From contig CAWEQH010000008.1 in NCBI GenBank assembly GCA_963811165.1, forward strand, positions 192,001 to 256,000: 64,000 nucleotides of DNA. Direction: 5' to 3'. The position numbers and the translations under genes were made by a program. Each line of letters starts with the position of its first letter. Within the stretch, counting starts at the first letter, position 1. This document shows positions 57,391-64,000 of the stretch, piece after piece. The notes under the pieces are model-generated. The model searched no databases and was not told the DNA's origin. It saw only the letters and a list, made by a program, of their open reading frames with translations. Origin of the DNA: an uncultured Nitrospiraceae bacterium. Lineage in GTDB: Bacteria > Nitrospirota > Thermodesulfovibrionia > Thermodesulfovibrionales > UBA6898.

Positions 57391-57786
57391 ATGTACAACA
57401 AGGTAATACTCATCGGTAATCTTACCAAAGACCCCGAAATGAGATATACCCCGCAGGGAACTCCTGTGGCCACGTTCAGTCTTGCCATTAACTATTCTTA
57501 CAAACAGGGCGACGAATGGAAAAAGGAGACGACCTTTGTCGATATCGTCGTCTTCGGTAAGCAGGCCGAGTCCTGCGGCCAGTACCTGAACAAGGGCAGT
57601 TCGGCCCTCGTTGAGGGGAGGCTCCAGGAAAGGCGCTGGGAATCGGATGGACAGCAGCGGAGAAAATTCGAGGTCGTTGCACAGTCGGTCAAGTTCCTTT
57701 CATCAAAAAAGAGCGGGACACAGGGCGGCGGAGGAGGGGAAGATTTCGCACCGCCGGAAGAGACGACCGATTTAGAACCGTTTTAA
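57391..57786 (+). CDS. ssb: Single-stranded DNA-binding protein
   Basis: NKVILIGNLTKDPE motif; acidic tail ending DLEPF. Confidence 0.97.
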   Translation: MYNKVILIGNLTKDPEMRYTPQGTPVATFSLAINYSYKQGDEWKKETTFVDIVVFGKQAESCGQYLNKGSSALVEGRLQERRWESDGQQRRKFEVVAQSVKFLSSKKSGTQGGGGGEDFAPPEETTDLEPF

Positions 57787-57842
57787 CAATTTTCAACAAT
57801 AAATAAAATTAGACGTCGGATATATGTTCGAAAGGAGACACA

Positions 57843-58073
57843 ATGGCGTATCAACAGAAGAGATTCCAGAGAAGAAAGTTTTGCAAGTTCTGCTCTGAAA
57901 AGACGGAATTTATTGATTATAAGGACATAAGGCTCCTCAGGTCGTATCTGACCGAAAGAGGAAAGATACTTTCCAGGAGAATGACCGGCACATGCGCAAA
58001 GCACCAAAGGGAGCTGAATGAGGCGATCATGAGGGGCAGAAATATTGCTCTCCTTTCCTTTGTAGAGAAATAA
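57843..58073 (+). CDS. rpsR: 30S ribosomal protein S18
   Basis: CKFC, IDYKD and [17 protein letters not shown] motifs. Confidence 0.97.
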   Translation: MAYQQKRFQRRKFCKFCSEKTEFIDYKDIRLLRSYLTERGKILSRRMTGTCAKHQRELNEAIMRGRNIALLSFVEK

Positions 58074-58074
58074 G

Positions 58075-58356
58075 ATGAGGGTCCCCAAGTCATGGGTGCC
58101 GATACTGGCCAAAAAGGTGTCGGAGAACCTGACTTCCAAGGAAGTTGTGAGGATTACGGTCCCCATGGATAAGTTCATCGAAAAGACGGAAGAAATCATA
58201 ATAGAAGAACTTGCTGTGGAAGACAGGCTCAATGACGAGGTGAGGGAACTGCTGAAGAAGCACTCTACAGATATCGAACGGGGCAGGATGGATTACCGGA
58301 GGCTTTTTGAACTGACTAAACAGAAACTCGTAAAGGAGAGAAACCTCGTCCTATGA
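58075..58356 (+). CDS. DUF507 family protein
   Basis: EDRLNDEVRELL...DYRRLF...KLVKERNLVL. Confidence 0.8.
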   Translation: MRVPKSWVPILAKKVSENLTSKEVVRITVPMDKFIEKTEEIIIEELAVEDRLNDEVRELLKKHSTDIERGRMDYRRLFELTKQKLVKERNLVL

Positions 58357-58637
58357 TGCTCTCCGAGGACAAGATATCCCATCTCAGTCATGTCCTCCTC
58401 AAGGGCCTGATTCGGCAGGGCCTGGTAGAATTGGTTGAGGACGAAGGCACGATACGGCGCGAAATTAAACGCACGATCATTTCGGAACTGAAGGTAGGGG
58501 AGGAGATAGATCAGATTGTCAGGAAGAAACTCCAGTCGTTTTCAAAGAAATTGATAGAAGGCAGCCCCGAATGGGAAGTACTCTACAAAAAATTCTTCCG
58601 GGAAGAGGAGATAAAGAAGGGCAGGGCCACCGGCTGA
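58353..58637 (+). CDS. DUF507 family protein (second paralogue)
   Basis: LSEDKISHLSH...EGSPEWEVLYKKFFREE. Confidence 0.8.
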   Translation: MMLSEDKISHLSHVLLKGLIRQGLVELVEDEGTIRREIKRTIISELKVGEEIDQIVRKKLQSFSKKLIEGSPEWEVLYKKFFREEEIKKGRATG

Positions 58638-60649
58638 AGAGGGGCGCGGCGCTCCTCTTGCTTGTCGTCTCCTGGCTTTCCCTGTTGGCTGATTTCCCTG
58701 CAAGACGCCCTGTCATCTGGTTCCCTCTTTCCGCTGCAACTGTCTTGCTATACGCTTTTCTCATTTTCAGAGCTGAAAAAAAAGAATTGTCTGCAGAGTT
58801 TTTATTGGCGGTATTGATAATCCTGGCCGGAGTTATTTCGGCTCTGAGATTGCAATGGCTTAAGCTGGTCTTTTTCCCTATCGTTGTTGCTCTCGTTTAT
58901 TTTTATCCGTTAAAGACGGCCCTTCGTCTGTCTCTGCTTCTCCCTGCCGTCGGGATGAAGGATTCTCTCCCCGCTCTCATATCTTTTTTGCTGCATAAGG
59001 GACCATTTCCTTCGGGAATCCTTATCGAAGAAGCGTCATTCTCTTTATTCCTGATGCTTGCGGCATTAACGGCTGGAGTGATGGTTGAAAGGCCGAAAAA
59101 AGAGAAAGAGGACATCGAGAGATCGTTGCATGAGATCAGGGACAAGGCAAGGGGGATCACTCGCGAAGCCGAGATGGAATCTTTGAGCAATGACGAAATG
59201 ATGGTCCATTACGAGGCTTTCGCGCGCAGTACCGACGAGGAAATAACGGAGCTCCTCCTCACGATAAAAAAAGCCGTCTTGGCCGACTCGGCCAATTTTT
59301 TTGTTCCTTGCAGCGGAGGAATTGAATTGAGATGCACAACGGAGGGAAAAGACGACATCGCTACGAGTAGTGGAGGGGTTATCGCCAAATGCTTAAACGA
59401 CAGGAAGACTTTTTCATCCGGCGAGCTCGACGAAAAAGAGATTGATCTTGGGTATCACAAAACAGGCAAAATGAAAATTACCTCCGTGATTGCCATCCCG
59501 ATTGTGGAGAGCTCGGCAATGATTGGAGTGCTGACCGTCGACAGCTCCCGTTATCAGGCTTTCAGTGGAATAGAGGGAACGGAGAAGACGGTCAGGATGT
59601 TCGCCGACCATCTCATCAGGATCCTCGAAAGACAGAGGATATCCATGGCGCTAAACCGTGAATTGTCAGGGTTGAAGATGCTGGAGAGGGAAAGTTCGTC
59701 TCTCGTTACCTCACTGAAGATAGATGAGATTTCCGAGAAGCTTTGCAAGGTGGCGGTGAAGATATCCGGTGCCAGGTCATTTTTTTTTATCATTCAGGGC
59801 AGGAAGTTCGAGTTGAAGTATCATACCGGAGCCGCGCCGCAGGGTACAGCCCTTTTTAACCTGGGGGGAACCATTGTCAACTTTGCAGTTGAAAACAGGC
59901 ATAGACATTATGTCCCGGATCTGAGGGAGTACGCCTCTGTTAAGGTCATGCCGTTTGAGACGGAAAACGTCCTGTCGGTTATGGCGATTCCCATGATATA
60001 TGAAAAAAATCTCCTCGGTCTGCTGGTCATGCTTTCTGAGGAAACTGATTTCCTCGATGCCTCCCGGATAAATCTGCTGGATATTTTCTGCAACCAGGCT
60101 TCAACATCCATAGCGAATGCGCAGTTGCATGCAAGGATTGAAAAAATGGCGACGACCGACGGTCTTACCGGGCTTTTCAACCACAGGCTGTTTCAGGAAA
60201 AGCTCTCGGACGAGTTCAAACGCATGAACCGAATTTCCGGGCCCATCTCCCTTATCCTGGCAGATATCGATCATTTCAAAAAGGTGAACGACACGTACGG
60301 CCATCCTGTGGGCGACCTTGTACTTAAAAGGGTTGCGCAGGTGATAAAGGAGACGATCCGGGATATAGACATCCCCGCAAGATACGGAGGAGAAGAGTTC
60401 GCCGTTGTCCTTCCCGGGACCTCCGGTGAGGGGGCAGGGAATATCGCCGAGAGGTTGAGACAAAAAGTTAAGGAGAATCCCTCTTCTGTAAACGGCAGGC
60501 AGATTGACGTTTCAATCAGCATTGGTATAGCAACCTCTCCATCCGATGCGAAGAGCAAAGAGGACCTCATAGAAAAGGCGGACAAGGCCCTCTATCATGC
60601 AAAACACAGCGGAAGGGACCAAAGCGTGCTCTGGTCCTCTATTTCATAG
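58634..60649 (+). CDS. Membrane-bound diguanylate cyclase (TM region, two GAF-like domains, GGDEF); start uncertain (58571 ATG or 58634 CTG)
   Basis: N-terminal TM helices; TDGLTGLFNHR and DIDHFKKVND motifs; RDID I-site; RYGGEEF. Confidence 0.9.
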   Translation: MKRGAALLLLVVSWLSLLADFPARRPVIWFPLSAATVLLYAFLIFRAEKKELSAEFLLAVLIILAGVISALRLQWLKLVFFPIVVALVYFYPLKTALRLSLLLPAVGMKDSLPALISFLLHKGPFPSGILIEEASFSLFLMLAALTAGVMVERPKKEKEDIERSLHEIRDKARGITREAEMESLSNDEMMVHYEAFARSTDEEITELLLTIKKAVLADSANFFVPCSGGIELRCTTEGKDDIATSSGGVIAKCLNDRKTFSSGELDEKEIDLGYHKTGKMKITSVIAIPIVESSAMIGVLTVDSSRYQAFSGIEGTEKTVRMFADHLIRILERQRISMALNRELSGLKMLERESSSLVTSLKIDEISEKLCKVAVKISGARSFFFIIQGRKFELKYHTGAAPQGTALFNLGGTIVNFAVENRHRHYVPDLREYASVKVMPFETENVLSVMAIPMIYEKNLLGLLVMLSEETDFLDASRINLLDIFCNQASTSIANAQLHARIEKMATTDGLTGLFNHRLFQEKLSDEFKRMNRISGPISLILADIDHFKKVNDTYGHPVGDLVLKRVAQVIKETIRDIDIPARYGGEEFAVVLPGTSGEGAGNIAERLRQKVKENPSSVNGRQIDVSISIGIATSPSDAKSKEDLIEKADKALYHAKHSGRDQSVLWSSIS

Positions 60650-60651
60650 CG

Positions 60652-60951
60652 ATGGCGTTTGTCCCTGATGTGACGGAGGAGGGGGTCAAAAGGGAACGCA
60701 CCCGGGCGCGCGAGCTCAGACAGTCGCAATGGTGGAAGCGGAAACGGTCCGAAGGTGTCTGTTATTTCTGCGGCAAGAAATTTCCCCCCAAAGACCTCAC
60801 CATGGACCATGTCATTCCTCTTATCAGAGGGGGAAAGTCTACGAAGGGCAACGTCGTAGCTGCATGCAAAGAATGTAACAATAAAAAGAAGCATATGTTG
60901 CCGCTCGAATGGGAAGAATACCTTCAGAGGCTGAAAGAGGAAGAAATCTAG
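60652..60951 (+). CDS. Small HNH endonuclease domain protein
   Basis: CYFC...TMDHVIPLIRGG...NVVAACKECNNKK. Confidence 0.88.
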   Translation: MAFVPDVTEEGVKRERTRARELRQSQWWKRKRSEGVCYFCGKKFPPKDLTMDHVIPLIRGGKSTKGNVVAACKECNNKKKHMLPLEWEEYLQRLKEEEI

Positions 60952-61154
60952 GCCGGCAGTTTTTTCCCGTCGGGAAGTAGGTCTGCCGGGGGTTCCTTTC
61001 CTGTATCAATAAGCTGATATCGTGCGCACTTCACGCAATTCAAGGGGTCTTCGCAATAGCCGGTCAAAAAGGGTTGCAACTGTATAATCCGCACGGAGGT
61101 CGTAAGAAGATTGTACATGGGACAGCCTTCCATATTTTTACACTTAAATGACAT
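60948..61154 (-). CDS. Small Cys-rich hypothetical protein
   Basis: CKNMEGCP...YC...CVKCARY...DLLPDG; GAGGG SD-like sequence upstream. Confidence 0.6.
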   Translation of the reverse strand: MSFKCKNMEGCPMYNLLTTSVRIIQLQPFLTGYCEDPLNCVKCARYQLIDTGKEPPADLLPDGKKLPA

Positions 61155-61244
61155 CCAGCCCTCTTGTTACAGATTAGATCATATGTTAACGCGAAACGGA
61201 TGGTTTTTAGGGTAGATAATAAGTCTATTATAAAAATAAATAGG

Positions 61245-63233
61245 TCACTTAATCCTCGAACCTTCTTCGACATCTTTTTCGGGGACGAGGATTACCGGGA
61301 TTCCGTCTTGACCCGTTGCGGCCAGAAGCATGCCGTTTGACTCATTGCCCATCAGCTTTGCCGGCTGAAGATTCGTGACGACTACTATCTTTCTTCCGAC
61401 GAGGTCTTCGGGGGCGTAGGCCTTGCCTATGCCGGCTACGACCTGTCGTATCTCTCCGGTGTCCACCTGCAGTTTCAGGAGCTTTTCAGATTTTTTTACC
61501 CGCTCGGCGCTGACCACTCTGCCGATCTTCAGCTCCACCTTCGTGAAGTCGCTTATGGATATCACATTTTCAGCCAATTTTGTCTTTTCCGCAGGCACGT
61601 TTTTCGTCAAAGCCTTTTCTTCTTCCTCCCTTTTCTTCTCTATCCTCGGAAATAGCTGCTCCCCCTTTGAAACCCTGACCTCAAAATCAGGTCGCCACTC
61701 CCAGGTGAAAATGTCGGGGTACTTTCGGCCGGCAGACGCAGAACGGCTCCCGGATATCTCATCGGATATCGTCCTTCCAAAGCCTATCTGTTTCCATATC
61801 TTCTCGGCTGTTTCCGGCATGAACGGCGAAAGAAAAATTGCACCTAAGCGGAGGGCGTTCCAGAGACTGAACATGACAGTTTCGAGCCACTGTGGATTTG
61901 TCTTTAACAGCTTCCATGGCTCCTGCGAGGCAATAAAGTTGTTGGCAGCACCGATGATCTCCCAAATATGGTCAAGGATTACCGTAAAACGAAGATGAGA
62001 CCAATGGGTGAAATTATCATCATCGATAAGAGGCCCGATATTGGCAGCGCAAACACGGGCCAGATCATTAGTGGCCGTTGCATTTGTTTCAAAAGGCAGA
62101 GGAATTTTCCCGCCGTAATATTTCTCAGCCATGGTAAGGAACCGGGAAAGAAGATTCCCAAGATCATTGGCAAGATCGGTATTGATACGCCGTATTAATG
62201 CATCTTCGGAATAATCACCGTCATGGCCGAATGAAACCTCCCTGAAGAGGAAATATCTGAAGGCATCGGCTCCATATTTTTCTACGATTGCGTTTGGATC
62301 GACCACGTTGCCGAGAGATTTCGACATCTTCTTCCCCTCGATTGTCCACCAGCCGTGGGCAAAGATATTGCCCGGCAACGGCAGGTTCAAGGCCATCAGC
62401 ATTGTGGACCAATATACCGCATGCGTGGTGAGGATGTCTTTTCCGACAAGGTGATGATCGGCAGGCCACCAGAATTCGCCGAGTCGTGCCCTATCGGCGC
62501 CCGGGGCGAGATACCGCGTCGCCGAAAAATAGTTTACGAGCGCATCGAACCAGACGTAGGTGACGAAGTTCCCGTCGAAGGGGAGGGGAATGCCCCACGA
62601 AAGCCTGTTTTTGGGCCGAGAGATGCAGAGGTCGCCAAGGGTATTGTTTCTCAGAAACCCCAGGACCTCGTTCCTTCGGGTATCGGGCAGTATATAGCCG
62701 GGGTTTTTTCCTATATATTCAATCAGCCTTTCCTGATATTTAGACATGAGGAAAAAATAATTCTCCTCATGTATCTGTTCGACGGCGCGGCCGCAGTCCG
62801 GACATTTGCCGTCCATAAGGTCCTTCTCTGTCCAGAACCTTTCGTCAGGGGTGCAATACCAGCCGGCATATTCTCTTTTTTCGATCTCTCCCCTGTCCAG
62901 TAACATCTGAAGGAGCCCCTGCACGGTCTTGATATGAGCGTCATCGGTCGTGCGAATGAAACCGTCGTTCGTTATGTTCAGTCTCTTCCATAGATCTTCG
63001 AAATTACCGACCATAAGATCGGCGTGCTCTTTTGGGGAGCGACCTTTCTCCTTCGCCGCCTTTTCGACCTTCTGGCCGTGTTCATCGGTCCCGGTAAGGA
63101 AGAACACCTCGTTCCCCAAAAGCCGGTTGCGCCTGGCGAGGATATCGGCCGCCACCGTAGTATAGGCATGCCCTATGTGCGGGATGTCGTTGACATAATA
63201 GATTGGTGTGGTTACATAGAATTTCTTATTCAT
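61245..63233 (-). CDS. metG: Methionine--tRNA ligase with C-terminal tRNA-binding domain
   Basis: FYVTTPIYYVN.PHIGH and KMSKS motifs; C-terminal OB domain NLQPAKLMG.ESNGM. Confidence 0.97.
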   Translation of the reverse strand: MNKKFYVTTPIYYVNDIPHIGHAYTTVAADILARRNRLLGNEVFFLTGTDEHGQKVEKAAKEKGRSPKEHADLMVGNFEDLWKRLNITNDGFIRTTDDAHIKTVQGLLQMLLDRGEIEKREYAGWYCTPDERFWTEKDLMDGKCPDCGRAVEQIHEENYFFLMSKYQERLIEYIGKNPGYILPDTRRNEVLGFLRNNTLGDLCISRPKNRLSWGIPLPFDGNFVTYVWFDALVNYFSATRYLAPGADRARLGEFWWPADHHLVGKDILTTHAVYWSTMLMALNLPLPGNIFAHGWWTIEGKKMSKSLGNVVDPNAIVEKYGADAFRYFLFREVSFGHDGDYSEDALIRRINTDLANDLGNLLSRFLTMAEKYYGGKIPLPFETNATATNDLARVCAANIGPLIDDDNFTHWSHLRFTVILDHIWEIIGAANNFIASQEPWKLLKTNPQWLETVMFSLWNALRLGAIFLSPFMPETAEKIWKQIGFGRTISDEISGSRSASAGRKYPDIFTWEWRPDFEVRVSKGEQLFPRIEKKREEEEKALTKNVPAEKTKLAENVISISDFTKVELKIGRVVSAERVKKSEKLLKLQVDTGEIRQVVAGIGKAYAPEDLVGRKIVVVTNLQPAKLMGNESNGMLLAATGQDGIPVILVPEKDVEEGSRIK

Positions 63234-64000
63234 TTTTGTCGGTTTTTTTCCTGTATCTCCTTCTTCTCTTACGCTTTTTGAACCCCTCGCTTTTTTTCTT
63301 CTCATCCTGTGTTTCCGGCTGAGAAGGGGTATCGCCCGAAGGCTGTACATCAGAGCAGCAGGGAATCTCAGGGCCGATCAGGGAATCCGAAGCGGAATCG
63401 GACGCCACTTCCTCTTCCTTTAGGGGGATGGCTTTCTCGTTGGACCGCACGGTATTTCCTGCTCCTCCTTCGTTATACTCGTATCCAAGACAGCACATCA
63501 GCCTCCCGCAGATGCCGGAGAGTTTACCGGTATTCAGAACAAGTTCCTGCTGCTTTGCCATCTTTATCGAAATGGGCTCAAAGGAGGTGAGGAACAGCTT
63601 GCAGCAGAGTTCCTTCCCGCAGAGGCCGAGCCCCCCTACCATTTTTGCCTTGTCGCGTACGCCTATCTGGCGCATTTCGATCCGCGTCTTGAACTTTGCG
63701 GCAAGGTCTTTGACCAGCTCCCTAAAATCTATTCTGCCGTCGGCGGTGAAATAAAAAACGATCCTCTTCCTATCAAGCGTCACCTCAGAACAGACCAGTT
63801 TCATAGGCAGGCCCCTTGCCATGATCCTCTCCAGACAGAAACTTTTTGCCTCCCGCTGGAAATTCTCATTGTCCTGCTTCTGTATTAGGTCCTCTTCGGT
63901 TGCGACGCGCAGCACCTTTTTCAGGTCTTTTTGAGGATTTTCAAGGGAACTCGGACCGGTGATGACCTGGCCAATGCTCAGCCCGAATTCCGACTCCACG
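63226..64000 (-). CDS. PSP1/RicT (YaaT) family protein, 5'-truncated by the window edge
   Basis: FYFTADGRIDFRELVKDLA, GLCGKELCC and SGICGRLMCCL motifs. Confidence 0.9.
   Translation of the reverse strand, partial: VESEFGLSIGQVITGPSSLENPQKDLKKVLRVATEEDLIQKQDNENFQREAKSFCLERIMARGLPMKLVCSEVTLDRKRIVFYFTADGRIDFRELVKDLAAKFKTRIEMRQIGVRDKAKMVGGLGLCGKELCCKLFLTSFEPISIKMAKQQELVLNTGKLSGICGRLMCCLGYEYNEGGAGNTVRSNEKAIPLKEEEVASDSASDSLIGPEIPCCSDVQPSGDTPSQPETQDEKKKSEGFKKRKRRRRYRKKTDKNE

Noticed and set aside
60652..60951. HNH gene as a homing endonuclease, defence system or mobile element
   Set aside because: A 99-aa standalone HNH coupled into a housekeeping operon, with no intron, repeats, methylase or other defence genes nearby.

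Overview
A 64-kb core-chromosome window from an anaerobic, Gram-negative, sulfite/sulfate-reducing bacterium. Thermodesulfovibrionia (Nitrospirota) is inferred from the dsr gene order and the DsrD type; no phylogeny was run. In order, the window holds: degP-yacL-ispDF; a three-gene insertion; cysE/cysS (in frame, apparently fused) and rlmB; four tRNAs, tuf, rpmG, tRNA-Trp, secE, nusG, rplKAJL and rpoBC; a HAD / Mut7-C / sensor kinase / sigma54-activator block; a divergent RpoD-like sigma factor; a Geobacter CbcABC-like bc-cytochrome operon; bamA-skp-lpxD-fabZ-lpxA-lpxI; a dsrABD-N-(2 unknown genes)-C-T-MKJOP cluster with a ferredoxin; CBS/HPP genes; trxB; mqnEC; rpsF-ssb-rpsR-DUF507 x2-diguanylate cyclase-HNH; metG; and a PSP1 gene. 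Many essential genes carry frameshifts, which look like uncorrected long-read indels rather than pseudogenes. I found no transposase, integrase, prophage structural gene, rRNA or CRISPR array. The strongest leads are: (1) a histidine kinase with a c-heme CxxCH motif in its periplasmic Cache-like domain, coupled to a sigma54 activator and lying downstream of a consensus -24/-12 promoter; (2) a 7-heme / cytochrome b / 9-heme c7 quinol-oxidoreductase module in a Dsr organism; (3) two uncharacterised genes translationally coupled inside the dsr operon; (4) a promoter signature shared by dsrA and dsrC; (5) a possible CysE-CysS fusion.
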